Source: Planctomycetota bacterium (GTDB taxonomy: Bacteria > Planctomycetota > UBA8108 > SXIK01). From it: a stretch of 64,000 nt of DNA. Under the pieces are notes generated by a model that was not told where the DNA came from, ran no database searches, and saw nothing but the letters and a program-made list of their open reading frames with translations. Shown in pieces: positions 20,487 through 30,672 of the stretch (its first letter is position 1; each line of letters begins with the position of its first letter). The stretch covers positions 7,328,001 through 7,392,000 of the forward strand of contig CBDCXR010000004.1 in assembly GCA_965223845.1 (NCBI GenBank), read 5' to 3'. Position numbers and translations under genes: made by a program.

Positions 20487-21965
20487 ATGATGTTACGTCC
20501 TGAACGCCGCAGCGCCCCTCCCACTGCCGAGCGGTCCCGTTCGCGCGTAAGCCTCGCGCGGACGATCGTATGGATCGTCGCGACCCTCGTCGCGTCACGC
20601 TCGAGCGGCTTTGCTGAAAACTCCTTCACGGTCGGGCGGGCCACCGCGGCGCCCGGCGAGCTCGCGCGCGTTCCCCTCCTTCTCAGCACCGACGTCGACG
20701 CACACGGCTTCGTCATGGTCTTCGAGTGGGATCCCGGTCGTCTTACGGGAGAAGCTCTCGTGCCGCGCGCGGCCGACGGCGAGATCCTCGCCGACGCCGA
20801 CATCGTCGTCACGATTCTCGAAGACAACCACATGATCTACGGTGTGAGCCTCGATGCCGACAGCGTGGACTGCGAGAAGATCCCCGCGGGACAAGACATC
20901 GAGATTGGCGTGGCCGAGTTTCGCTGCTCGCCCGACGCGGGCGAGGAAGAGATCGCGATCGAGCTCGTCGACGGCAAATACGCTGCTCGCGACGGCCTCC
21001 CACTCCTCGAGAATCTCCTCCTTCACTACGCGAGATTCATCACCGTCGATGACGCCGACCTCGTTCTCCGCAGCGGTGGTGTCACTTGTCGTGCCAGCGA
21101 CGACGGCGGCACCGCCTACGCGTGCGGAGGACCGCTCGACGCGAACGGGATCCCGACGCCGCTCGAAGGAAAGATCGGTGATCAAGTGCCGGTGCATTTC
21201 TATTATCGCGCACCATCCGAAGGTCCCGACGGTCCTCTCCCTCCGATCCAGGGCCTGTCGGTTGCCGGCGCGTACGACTGCAATCTGACGGCGATGCCCG
21301 AGTCGTTCTCGTTCGCCGACACCGTTCTCGCCGAGACGGAGCCCGAGTTTGTTCATTTTGAAGCGGACAACCGCCGCAGCGCGGACGACGGCGACGCCTG
21401 CGAGTTCACGCTCGGGATCCTGATCGATGCGACCGCGCCGTTCGATGGTCGCACGCTCCCCGCCGCCGAGGGTTTCGAGCGGCTGTTCACCGTCGACTTC
21501 GAAATCGGTGGCGACGCGTTTTGCGGCCACTGCCTGCCGATTCGATTTCTCGACGGGGTCAACGGCAACGGCGACGTCCCGGTCAAGAACCTCGTCTCGA
21601 TGGAGTTCGAGTCGCGCGCGCCCGAGCTCTTCCACTGCGAGATCTGCGTCCGCGGAGAGCCGGAATTCATCCGCGGCGATTGCAACTTTTCGAGCGCCAA
21701 CGGGAGCCCGGTCGACATCGCCGACGCCGCGGCGATCGTCGGATTCGTGTTTCTCGAAGACGCTTGGAAGTTCGACGCTCCCTGCGAAGACGCCTGCGAT
21801 GCGAACGACGACGGCCGTCTCGACGCAGCGGACGTCGTCTTCGTGCTCGAGTATCTCTTCGTTCCCGAGCGTCCCGAACCGCCCGCGCCGGGACCGCTCG
21901 CCGCCGGCAAAGATCCGACGCCGGACGAGCTCGACTGCGCTGGGGGCGAGCTCGACTGCTTCTGA
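20487..21965 (+). CDS. Secreted protein with cohesin-like beta domains and a C-terminal dockerin/EF-hand-like domain
   Basis: Signal-like N-terminus, two beta-rich repeats, FIRGDCN...DIADA...CEDACDANDDGRLDAAD. Confidence 0.7.
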   Translation: MMLRPERRSAPPTAERSRSRVSLARTIVWIVATLVASRSSGFAENSFTVGRATAAPGELARVPLLLSTDVDAHGFVMVFEWDPGRLTGEALVPRAADGEILADADIVVTILEDNHMIYGVSLDADSVDCEKIPAGQDIEIGVAEFRCSPDAGEEEIAIELVDGKYAARDGLPLLENLLLHYARFITVDDADLVLRSGGVTCRASDDGGTAYACGGPLDANGIPTPLEGKIGDQVPVHFYYRAPSEGPDGPLPPIQGLSVAGAYDCNLTAMPESFSFADTVLAETEPEFVHFEADNRRSADDGDACEFTLGILIDATAPFDGRTLPAAEGFERLFTVDFEIGGDAFCGHCLPIRFLDGVNGNGDVPVKNLVSMEFESRAPELFHCEICVRGEPEFIRGDCNFSSANGSPVDIADAAAIVGFVFLEDAWKFDAPCEDACDANDDGRLDAADVVFVLEYLFVPERPEPPAPGPLAAGKDPTPDELDCAGGELDCF

Positions 21966-22178
21966 GCCGCGTTCCCTCTTCTCGCGACTCGGCCTCCGCG
22001 TCGATCGTCATCGCTTCGACGCCCGAGATGTCGTTTCCCCGTGCGCACGCTCGTGCGACAATTCCGCTCGCTTCCCGCGGCGGTCAGCCCGAGTGTCATG
22101 ATTTCGCCGCGGACGTCGCCACTCCCGCGTGGATCTTTTGTGCGTGACCCTTCGGCCATCATCTCGGTGAGTCCCTCC

Positions 22179-23483
22179 ATGCGTATTCGCTCGCGTCCGA
22201 TCTCTCTCCTTCTCGCGGTCGTGGCCGGCGCCGGCGCTGGACACACCATCCGCGCCGATGACCCGGAGAGCGAAGCCCGTCTCGCGGCCGTGCGTTCGAT
22301 CCTCCGCGAAGCACCGCTCGTCGACGGTCACAACGATCTCCCCTGGCAGATTCGAAAGCGCGCCGGAAATCTCCTCGACAAGATCGATCTTCGAAAGGAC
22401 CTGCGCGGGCTCGAGCCGACGCTTCACACCGACATTCCCCGACTCCGCGCGGGCGGGGTCGGAGCGCAGTTCTGGTCCGTCTACATCCCGGTCGAGTTCG
22501 AAGGCGGTGCCGCCGTTCAGACGGTGATCGAGCAGATCGACATCGTCCACCGCCTCGCCGAGCGGTATCCCTCGGACTTCGAGATCGCGCTCACGGCCGC
22601 CGATGTCGAACGAGTCCACCGCGCCGGCAAAATCGCGGCACTCATCGGCATGGAAGGTGGCCACTCGATCGGGAACTCGCTCGCGGTGCTCCGGCAGCTC
22701 TACGCCCTCGGCGCGCGCTACATGACGATCACGCACTGGAAAGAGAACGACTGGGCCGACGCGGCGACGAGCCCGCCCGTTCACGACGGCTTGAACGCCT
22801 TCGGAGAGGCGGTGATTCGCGAGATGAATCGACTCGGAATGATCGTTGATCTTTCGCACGTGTCTGACGCGACCATGCGCGACGCGATGCGCGTGAGCGA
22901 GGCTCCGGTGATCTTTTCCCACTCGTCGGCTAGAGCACTCTGCAAGCATCCGCGAAACGTTCCGGATGACATCCTGCGCGATCTGCGCGAGTCGCGCGGC
23001 GTCGTCATGGTGACCTTCGTCACCGGGTACGTTTCCGAGCGTGTCCTCGAGTGGTCGGCCGCGGAGGAGGCGGAGAAGGCGCGACTCGCGGAGCTCCACC
23101 CGGGCGATTCCGCCGAACAAGCAAAAGCGCGGATCGAGCGCTGGCGCGTGGAGAATCCGCGCCCCAAAGCGACGCTCGTCGACGTCGCCGATCACATCGA
23201 TCACGTCCGGAAGGTCGCCGGGGTCGACGCGATCGGGATCGGATCTGATTTCGACGGGATTCGTTCGACGCCCTCGGGGCTCGGCGACGTCTCGACGTTT
23301 CCCGATCTCCTCGCGGAGCTCCTTCGCCGAGGCTACTCGCGCGAGGACCTCGAGAAGATCGCCGGGGGAAACGTGCTCCGCGTCCTCCGCGACGTCGAGA
23401 GGGTCGCGGGCGCGCTGCGCGCCACGACCGAGCCCGGAGAGGCGAGCATCGAGCCGGTGCTCGCGACACCGCCGGTTCGGTGA
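22179..23483 (+). CDS. Membrane dipeptidase (M19 family)
   Basis: DGHNDLPW, GMEGGH, DLSHVS, FSHSS, GIGSDFDG; signal peptide. Confidence 0.92.
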   Translation: MRIRSRPISLLLAVVAGAGAGHTIRADDPESEARLAAVRSILREAPLVDGHNDLPWQIRKRAGNLLDKIDLRKDLRGLEPTLHTDIPRLRAGGVGAQFWSVYIPVEFEGGAAVQTVIEQIDIVHRLAERYPSDFEIALTAADVERVHRAGKIAALIGMEGGHSIGNSLAVLRQLYALGARYMTITHWKENDWADAATSPPVHDGLNAFGEAVIREMNRLGMIVDLSHVSDATMRDAMRVSEAPVIFSHSSARALCKHPRNVPDDILRDLRESRGVVMVTFVTGYVSERVLEWSAAEEAEKARLAELHPGDSAEQAKARIERWRVENPRPKATLVDVADHIDHVRKVAGVDAIGIGSDFDGIRSTPSGLGDVSTFPDLLAELLRRGYSREDLEKIAGGNVLRVLRDVERVAGALRATTEPGEASIEPVLATPPVR

Positions 23484-23511
23484 TCGTTTTCGACCGGCGG
23501 CGACGTCTCCG

Positions 23512-25989
23512 CTAGCAGAGGATGCGTTCGCGTTTTGGATCGTACGGCGCGCGGAGATGCGCCTGGGCGGAAATCCGCTCGCCGTCGACGACGATCTCGT
23601 AGCGACCGGCGCGGATGAACGCTGCGTCCACGGGTGCATCGGCTCGGACGTAACCCATCGCCACCGCGGCGCCGACGGTTGCGCCGAACGCACCGGACGT
23701 CGTGTAGCCGACGGGAATCCCATCGCGAAGGATGGGCTCGCTTCCCCAAAGCTGAACGGCACTGTTGTCGAGGACGAACGTGACGAGGCGTTTTCTTACG
23801 CCGGCCGACTTTTGCTCGAGGAGACGCTCGCGGCCGAGAAAGGGCTTCGACCAAGCGACGGCGAACGAGAGACCGGCTTCGAGCGGGGTGTCGTCGGGGG
23901 AAAGCTCGTGTCCCCAGGCGCGGTACGCTTTCTCGAGTCGGAGCGCGTTGATCGCGTAGTGTCCGGCGAGCCTGAGGCCGAACTCTTGCCCCGCATCGAC
24001 GAGCTCGTCGAATACCGCCGCGAGGCTCGGCATCGGAACGTGAAGCTCCCAGCCGAGCTCGCCGACGTAGGTGACGCGAAGCGCGCGAGTTTCCACGTCG
24101 GCGATCCGAATCGTCTGCGCGGTCGCGAACGGGAATGCGGGGTTTGAAACGTCGGCCGGAGTCACGCGCTCAAGTACGTCCCGGGACTTCGGACCCATCA
24201 AACCGAGGACGCCGAAGTCCGTTGTCACGTCGGTGAGCGCGACGTCGGCACCGTCCGGGCTGTTGCGCCGAATCCAGTGCGCGTCGTGCTGCGTTTGACT
24301 CGTCGCGGTGACGACGAGGAATTCGTCCGCGGCGAGACGGATGACGGTGAGGTCACTTTCGAACGTCCCGCGCTTGTTGAAAAGCCCCGTGTAGACGATC
24401 TTTCCCGGCGCGACATCGATCCGGTTTCCACAGATGTGCTCGAGAACACGCGCCGCGTCGGCGCCGCGGACGATGTACTTCGAAAACGAGCTCTGGTCGA
24501 ACAGCGCGACTCCGTTCCGCGCCGCGAACTGCTCGGCGCAGAACGCGTCGAACCAGTTCTGGCGTCCGAACGAGTACTCGACCGTCGGCGCTGCCCCCTC
24601 GCCGGCGAACCAATTCGGACGCTCCCAGCCCATTTTCGTCCCGAAGGATGCTCCCGCCTTCACGAGCCGATCGTGGATCGGAGTTCGGCGAAGATCGCGT
24701 CCGGTTTCGAACTCGCGGTTCGGCCACGCCATCTGGTAGTGGAGGCCGAGAGTCTCGGTCACACGTTCGCGCAGAAACTCGACTTCGTTGTGGATCGGCG
24801 CGAATCGGCGCGGATCGACGGACCAGAGATCCATGCCCGGCGCGCCGTCCGCGATCCACTCGGCGAGAACTTTCCCGGCGCCGCCCGCGCAGGCGATCCC
24901 CGCGGAGTTGAAGCCGGCGGCGATGTACAGCGCTTCGAGCTCGGGAGTTTCTCCGAGGATGAACTGGTTGTCGGGAGTGAAGCTCTCCGGACCGTTGACG
25001 AATTTGGGAAACTCCGCTGCCTCGAGTGCCGGGACGCGCCATTTCCCCGCGGCGAACGGATCGGCGAACTTCGGCCAGTCGTCCTCGAGAAGCTTGAACG
25101 AGAAATCGTCGGGAATCGCGTCGACGGTCCACGGCTTCGTGTACTTCTGAAACGCGCCGAGGAGTACGCAGTCCTCCTCCGAGCGAAAGTAAATGGCGGC
25201 GTCCGGGTCGCGACAGACGGGAAGGCCGTGATGGACGCCGTCGATCGGCGCGCTTTGAACGTAGTGGTGCTCGACCGGATAGAGGGGAACGGTCACGCCC
25301 GCCGACAGCGCGAGCCCGCGCGTCCACATTCCGCCGGCGAGGACGACGACGTCGGCGGTCATCGTTTCCGTCTCGGTCTCGACTCCGTGCACGCGTCCGC
25401 CGGAGTGAACGAGCCCCGTCACGCGCGCGTCTTCGTAGACGGCGACGCCGCGCATTTGTGCGCCCTTCGCGAGCGCGAGTGCGGTCTGATCGGGCTTCAC
25501 CTTGCCATCGCCGGGAAGGAAGACGCCGCCGAGGAGATCCTCCGTCCGCATGAGCGGCCATAGGGCGGCGATCCCATCGACATCGACGAGAGTTGCCTCG
25601 ACGTCGAACAGCTCGGCCATCGCGGCCGTCCGCCGGAGCTGGGTCATCCGTTCTTCCGTGCGAGCGACGATCAGGCTGCCGCAGCGCGTCCAACCGACGT
25701 CGATCCCGGTTTCCTCGGTGAGCTGCGCGTAGAGCTCGGCGCTGTACTGGTTGATGCGCGTCGTGCTGCTCGAGGTGCGAAGTCGCCCGACGAGTCCCGC
25801 GGCGTGCCAAGTCGTGCCGCCGCTCAGGCGATTCTGCTCGAGGAGAACGACGTCTCGCCAACCGAGTTCGCCCAGGTGGTAGGCGACGCTCGCGCCGACG
25901 ATGCCTCCGCCGACGACGATGGCTCGCGCCGAGGTCGGGAGGGGATCACTCTTCGCGCTGAGCGCGAACTCGTTGGGGGACTCCGTCAT
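23512..25989 (-). CDS. GcvT-family FAD-dependent oxidoreductase (sarcosine/dimethylglycine dehydrogenase-like)
   Basis: VVGGGIVG, GTTWHAAG, GPESFTPD, GWERPNWF, YVGELGWE, LRLEKAY; start set at MTESPNEF. Confidence 0.9.
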   Translation of the reverse strand: MTESPNEFALSAKSDPLPTSARAIVVGGGIVGASVAYHLGELGWRDVVLLEQNRLSGGTTWHAAGLVGRLRTSSSTTRINQYSAELYAQLTEETGIDVGWTRCGSLIVARTEERMTQLRRTAAMAELFDVEATLVDVDGIAALWPLMRTEDLLGGVFLPGDGKVKPDQTALALAKGAQMRGVAVYEDARVTGLVHSGGRVHGVETETETMTADVVVLAGGMWTRGLALSAGVTVPLYPVEHHYVQSAPIDGVHHGLPVCRDPDAAIYFRSEEDCVLLGAFQKYTKPWTVDAIPDDFSFKLLEDDWPKFADPFAAGKWRVPALEAAEFPKFVNGPESFTPDNQFILGETPELEALYIAAGFNSAGIACAGGAGKVLAEWIADGAPGMDLWSVDPRRFAPIHNEVEFLRERVTETLGLHYQMAWPNREFETGRDLRRTPIHDRLVKAGASFGTKMGWERPNWFAGEGAAPTVEYSFGRQNWFDAFCAEQFAARNGVALFDQSSFSKYIVRGADAARVLEHICGNRIDVAPGKIVYTGLFNKRGTFESDLTVIRLAADEFLVVTATSQTQHDAHWIRRNSPDGADVALTDVTTDFGVLGLMGPKSRDVLERVTPADVSNPAFPFATAQTIRIADVETRALRVTYVGELGWELHVPMPSLAAVFDELVDAGQEFGLRLAGHYAINALRLEKAYRAWGHELSPDDTPLEAGLSFAVAWSKPFLGRERLLEQKSAGVRKRLVTFVLDNSAVQLWGSEPILRDGIPVGYTTSGAFGATVGAAVAMGYVRADAPVDAAFIRAGRYEIVVDGERISAQAHLRAPYDPKRERILC

Positions 25990-26129
25990 CCGTCTCTCCT
26001 CTCGCCTTCTTCCCATGATCTCGACGTGCGCGCTCTCCGAACGCGTGCGCTTCGACCGCGGCCGCGCTGGAAGATAGACCCGAAGGCGAGCGATGCGCAA
26101 CGGAGTTCGCGAGCCGAGACTGTCGCGAC

Positions 26130-27137
26130 TCAGCGAGAATCCGTCTCGTCCCACAGAGTCTCGGAGAAACGCACCTCGCGAGTTTCCCGTTCCCGACCGC
26201 TCGCTCTTGCGAGCTCCTCGTAGAGTTCGGGACGACGCGTCTGGATCCACCGCCATCCCGTGCACATTCGGCGCACGTCGAGATCGAGGTCGGCGACGAC
26301 CATATCGTCTCCGGCACGACACGTCTCAGCGAGGACGTCACCGTACGCGTCGAGTATCATCGCGTTTCCCGTGCGCACTTCGCCGTCGTCGATTCCGACG
26401 CCGTTGCTGAAGATGAGGAACAACCCGTTGTCGTGCGCCCGAGCCGGGAGCCACTTCATGAGCCAATCACGGCCCTTCGGTCCGCGTAGCTCGGCCTCGA
26501 TGGCCGCGGGGTCGGAGTCGCGGCGATGCCACAGATCGGGATTGATCGCGCCCATCGCACGCGGACTCGGGGTTTTGCACCCGCCCGTCTGGTGGGGGGC
26601 GAGAAGAACTTCGACGCCTCGGAGCGCGTTCACTCGCACGTTCTCGCCGAGGTTGTTGTCGTAGCAAGTGAGGACGCCGACTCGCACGCCCTGGGGAAGA
26701 TCGAACACGGTGTAGTCGTCGCCGGAGCTCATGTGCTCGCTGATGAACGTGTGGAGCTTTCGGTGTCGTTCGACTCGACCGTCGGGCATCGCGACGACGT
26801 ACGAGTTAAAGAGTCGACCGCCGGCGTTCTCGATGAGTCCCGCACCGACCGTGAGGCGATGGCTCGACGCGATGCGCAGAAGGTGCTCGGTCGAAGGCCC
26901 GTCCGGGATCGGCTCGGCGAGGTCTGCGATCTCCGGTCGAGTCAGATTTCGCACGTGCCAGTACCCGGTGATGCACATCTCGGGAAAGACGACGAGCTCG
27001 GCTCCCTCCGCGGCGGCCTGCTCGCTGAAGTGCTCCACGGTGGCCAGGTTCGCTGCTTTGTCGCTCGGCTTGTGATTGAACTGCACGGAGGCTGCTCGGA
27101 TGCGACGCGCACCGCTCGGGTTTTCGATCGTTGTCAT
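26130..27137 (-). CDS. Nitrilase / carbon-nitrogen hydrolase
   Basis: FPEMCITGY, HRKLH, TCYDNN catalytic E-K-C triad. Confidence 0.9.
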   Translation of the reverse strand: MTTIENPSGARRIRAASVQFNHKPSDKAANLATVEHFSEQAAAEGAELVVFPEMCITGYWHVRNLTRPEIADLAEPIPDGPSTEHLLRIASSHRLTVGAGLIENAGGRLFNSYVVAMPDGRVERHRKLHTFISEHMSSGDDYTVFDLPQGVRVGVLTCYDNNLGENVRVNALRGVEVLLAPHQTGGCKTPSPRAMGAINPDLWHRRDSDPAAIEAELRGPKGRDWLMKWLPARAHDNGLFLIFSNGVGIDDGEVRTGNAMILDAYGDVLAETCRAGDDMVVADLDLDVRRMCTGWRWIQTRRPELYEELARASGRERETREVRFSETLWDETDSR

Positions 27138-27217
27138 CGTGCTTGGCGCTCCGGGCCGAGAATTCTCAGAATCCTTCGCGACAAGGACCCGTCCTTGGCG
27201 TCGTAGGATGTGGAGCC

Positions 27218-27895
27218 ATGAACAAAACCTTTCAACGACGCCTCGCCTGGACGCTGATCGCTCTCGGCCTCGTCGTCGCGGCGAGCGGTGGCGCGTTGCT
27301 CCTCCAACGCTACTTCACCGTCGAAGTCGTCCCCGGACTGATTCTCGTCGACTCACCGCGGAAGATCGAGACGATCTACTGGCGGCTCGAAGAAACTCCG
27401 GAAGGAACGCTGATTCGGGCGGCGGGCGGGCGCTACGAGGGGTGGTATCTCGACGCCGACGAAACGGTCTCCCAGTTCGTCGCCGACAGCTGGGAGAACA
27501 ATCGCTTTCTCGTTCTTTCGCGAGACCGCCGCGAGAGTTCCTACTGGAAGCTCGAGACGACACCGGACGGCAGTCTCATCCGCGCGGCGAAGGGACCCTT
27601 CGAGGGACTCTACTTCGATATCGCGGCGGGGGACGAGCCGATCGAGCGAGGCGGACTCCGCTTCCGGCGAAACCTCCTCATCGGACGGGTGCAGTTCACT
27701 TGGAGCTTCTCGACGACGGACGCAGGCGTCGTCATTCGTGCCGGGACGGACGGCGGTCCGGCGCTCGGCTACGATCCGTCCGGATCACCGGAGTCCGTCT
27801 GGAAGAAATCTCCCGAAGAGAGACGGAAGGACACCGAGCGAGCGTTCGGTCGGCGACTTCACTCGGGCGGAGTGCGCGGATTGCCGAAAAGGTAG
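27218..27895 (+). CDS. Hypothetical membrane-anchored protein with internal repeats
   Basis: N-terminal TM; repeated YW(R/K)LExTPxGxLIRAAxGxxEGxYxD unit. Confidence 0.6.
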   Translation: MNKTFQRRLAWTLIALGLVVAASGGALLLQRYFTVEVVPGLILVDSPRKIETIYWRLEETPEGTLIRAAGGRYEGWYLDADETVSQFVADSWENNRFLVLSRDRRESSYWKLETTPDGSLIRAAKGPFEGLYFDIAAGDEPIERGGLRFRRNLLIGRVQFTWSFSTTDAGVVIRAGTDGGPALGYDPSGSPESVWKKSPEERRKDTERAFGRRLHSGGVRGLPKR

Positions 27896-28120
27896 CCGCG
27901 GGATTGGCCATGCCAGGGCGGCGCGACGCGCCTCGATCTCGGCCGTGACCGAGCAGTTTCGATGTCGGAGACCCCCGACGCGATCCCGAGCGGTGAAAAT
28001 GGCTCGGAGAAACAAAGACGGGCGAAGGCCGGCCCTCCGGGGGATGCGAGAGTCGCCGTAGAACGCATTCGCAATGTCCGCGTTTCCGTCGGCGTTCGCC
28101 GTTGATCAACTGTCGGGCGA

Positions 28121-28169
28121 TGGTATCCCCGAGAGGACTCGAACCTCTGACCTGCGGTTTAGGAAACCG
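28121..28169 (-). repeat. att site: duplicated 3' part of tRNA-Arg
   Basis: 49-bp direct repeat of 44233-44281 with one mismatch (28150 A vs 44262 G). Confidence 0.95.
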
Positions 28170-28312
28170 ACAACGCTTGATGCGTTTCCTTCGCAACGGT
28201 ACCAAGAAACGCTACTTAGAAGAGGATTTCCTCGTTCATGGGACTGGACGTCTGACCCGATACACGGTTACAGAACCGTCCCAGATGCGTCCCACTTTCT
28301 CGGTATTCCGCT

Positions 28313-29551
28313 GTGGCAGGCAGACATCACAAGACTATCGCTGGTCGCTGGGTTGTGCGCAGCCTCTACAAACACCCATCCGGGATCTGGTATGGACGGG
28401 TTCGGGACAAGAGAACGAACCGCCTCCACAAGGTCTCGTCCAGGGAAACGCAGAAGAGGAAGGCGGAGCAACGAATCCTTGAGTGGGTCGAAGAGAAACT
28501 GCGGCAGGAGGAGCTTGGAATTACCGAGCGCGTTTTGTTTGACCACGCTTTCCCCGACTGGATTGACCAGAAGGGTCAGTTGCGGGAACGAGTCCGACGT
28601 GGCTACGAGATGGATTTCAACGGGATCTACCTGCCGGCATTTCGCGGAAAACTCATCGATGCGATCGAAGTAAGGGATATCGAGGAGTTCAAACGCCTGC
28701 TTGAAGAAAAGCGAAACCTCGCCCCTCGGACCGTACAAAAGCACCTGGGAGTCCTTCGAGGCTTTTTCACCTGGGCACGTCGCCGCAAGTACTGTGCGGT
28801 CAATCCCTGCGAGGAGGTCACGGTCAAAAACGTGCGGTCCAAAAGAGATGTTGTCATACTCTCCATGCCGGAAGCAAAGCTACTGCTCAAAGCTTGCGAG
28901 GAGCCGTTCTACGTCGTCGATAGTAGGAAGAGCACGAAGTATCCCGCGTATCCACCGCCGTACTTGAGCGTCGCCGTTTTTCTCGCGCTCCGGCTCGGAC
29001 TGCGAAAGTCCAACATCCTCAATCTTCGATGGAAACAGGTGGACTTCGACAAGCAGACCGTGAAGATCCACGGCACTGAGATGAAGAACCACAAGTCTCA
29101 CGAGCTACCGCTGTCTCGCGAGGTTGTCGGGTTTCTCACCAAGTTGCACGAGAACAGCGGGACTAACGGGCAAGCTCCTTCGGGAGAGCAACCCGTCATC
29201 GGTCAGCGCATCCGCGATCTCAAGCGAAGCTTCCGCTCTGCTGCCGTGCGTGCCGACCTGGGACCGGACCTTCTGTTCCACCACCTTCGTCATTGCTTCA
29301 GTTCATGGCTGGCGGACAAGTGCACGTACCCGACGCTGCAAGCGTTGCTGGGTCACTCGATTCCAAACTCGGTTACCGGTCGGTACATTCACACTGGTCT
29401 CCCAGAGATGCGTCAAGCTCTGGAGAAGCTGGAGTGGTTGACCGAGAAGCCATTCGATTTCAAGATTCCACGGAGGCGCAATCCGAATTGGCAGAAACGT
29501 GTCGAGCAGGATCTTTTTGAGATCAAGGCTGCTCTTGCGCGCCGCGTTTAG
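28313..29551 (+). CDS. Tyrosine recombinase / integrase
   Basis: Catalytic residues GLRKSN (R), HHLRH (HxxR), LLGHS (H), TGRY (Y); core-binding LAPRTVQKHL. Confidence 0.93.
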   Translation: MAGRHHKTIAGRWVVRSLYKHPSGIWYGRVRDKRTNRLHKVSSRETQKRKAEQRILEWVEEKLRQEELGITERVLFDHAFPDWIDQKGQLRERVRRGYEMDFNGIYLPAFRGKLIDAIEVRDIEEFKRLLEEKRNLAPRTVQKHLGVLRGFFTWARRRKYCAVNPCEEVTVKNVRSKRDVVILSMPEAKLLLKACEEPFYVVDSRKSTKYPAYPPPYLSVAVFLALRLGLRKSNILNLRWKQVDFDKQTVKIHGTEMKNHKSHELPLSREVVGFLTKLHENSGTNGQAPSGEQPVIGQRIRDLKRSFRSAAVRADLGPDLLFHHLRHCFSSWLADKCTYPTLQALLGHSIPNSVTGRYIHTGLPEMRQALEKLEWLTEKPFDFKIPRRRNPNWQKRVEQDLFEIKAALARRV

Positions 29552-29805
29552 TCGGCGTCTTCGAGGTGTTGCCTACTCGCTCGATCCTGGGGCTGGGGAG
29601 GCTTGAGCGACGGGGTAACCGTCTGAGCGGTTCTGTGCCCAATAGCTTAAGCCCGTCAGGAGTCCAAGAAGTCCCACAGTCGGCTCCGAAGGTCTGTCCA
29701 GCCCACAGGACCAGAGGGCTGTCTTCGGGCACGTACAGGCGCTGAGGGCTTTGCCGAGCGGTATGAGCCGTTGCCGCTATGCTGACGTGCTGATATGGTG
29801 TCATC

Positions 29806-30030
29806 ATGCCTAACAAGAAGTCCTCCAGGAGCAAGAAGCGTTCTCCGGCGAAAGTCCGACCCAGGGCAGGGGAAACAACCACGGAGACGCCCGGCGGACT
29901 CTTGCGAAAACAGGTCTACTTGCTCCCAGAGGAATGGGATGCCCTCCGAACGCGAGCCTTCGAGGAAGAGCGTTCTCATTCGGACATTGTTCGTGCAGCG
30001 CTCCGAGCTTACCTGGGTCTGAAGGGCTGA
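29806..30030 (+). CDS. Ribbon-helix-helix (CopG-like) protein
   Basis: RKQVYLLPEEWDALRTRAFEEERSHSDIVRAALRAYL fits the RHH strand-helix-helix pattern. Confidence 0.75.
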   Translation: MPNKKSSRSKKRSPAKVRPRAGETTTETPGGLLRKQVYLLPEEWDALRTRAFEEERSHSDIVRAALRAYLGLKG

Positions 30031-30039
30031 AGCGGACCG

Positions 30040-30210
30040 ATGGAACTTATCTTCTTTGTTCTGATCCTCCTCTGGTTCCGCCGCAAGCCGCGCAACGAGT
30101 CCGAGGAGATTGAGAAAGGGCTCCTCGCGACCATTCTCCTTGTCGCGGCGATCGCCACCATCGCCTCTCCGTCCTCTGCTCAGCGACCTCCAGAGAAGAT
30201 CGATCCGTAA
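30040..30210 (+). CDS. 56-aa small membrane protein (below ORF-track cut-off)
   Basis: Hand translation MELIFFVLILLWFRRKPRNESEEIEKGLLATILLVAAIATIASPSSAQRPPEKIDP; two hydrophobic segments; 9 nt after RHH stop. Confidence 0.55.
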   Translation: MELIFFVLILLWFRRKPRNESEEIEKGLLATILLVAAIATIASPSSAQRPPEKIDP

Positions 30211-30471
30211 CCCCCTAAGATAGCAACAAGCGATCGATACTTCCTCCTGTCGTACGTGTCCGTCAGCCGTAGCGAGGAACACGCGGGAGCGAGCCCGCAG
30301 CGATAGCGGAGGTGAGCGGTAGCCGTGTTTCGAGTCTCGGCGTTCCCGGTGCCTGAAGACCCCTCTCCACGAATCCTGGAGCCCTTAGAACCTGCGACGG
30401 TTCGACCGGGGGTAACCCATTTCGGGAGGATCGCCTTGTCCAAGACGGGACGGAATCCCCATTGTAGATAG

Positions 30472-30672
30472 TTACGTCCGCTCTCGTCCGAAACGTTTCC
30501 GGCGACGACGGTCAACGTGGAGATTCCGGGGCTCTGATTCCTTGTTTCTGGAATCCTGCGAGACTCCTGGTCTGCCCGATGCGAGGCGAGGAGACCGGAC
30601 GACGCAAACGGGGCGTACGACTCGCCAGCCTGTCTCAGGACGAGCTGGGAAGGATCTCGCGGGGGAACTCAT
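30472..30672 (-). CDS. Small hypothetical protein
   Basis: ATG overlaps the stop of the HUH gene (TGATG); no recognisable motif. Confidence 0.3.
   Translation of the reverse strand: MSSPARSFPARPETGWRVVRPVCVVRSPRLASGRPGVSQDSRNKESEPRNLHVDRRRRKRFGRERT

Noticed and set aside
25990-26322. N-terminal extension of the GcvT-family ORF
   Set aside because: It overlaps the nitrilase gene and is low-complexity; the true start is probably 25989.
28121-28169. Second tRNA-Arg gene
   Set aside because: Only the anticodon arm to CCA is present; the D arm and 5' acceptor strand are missing, so it is an att duplication.
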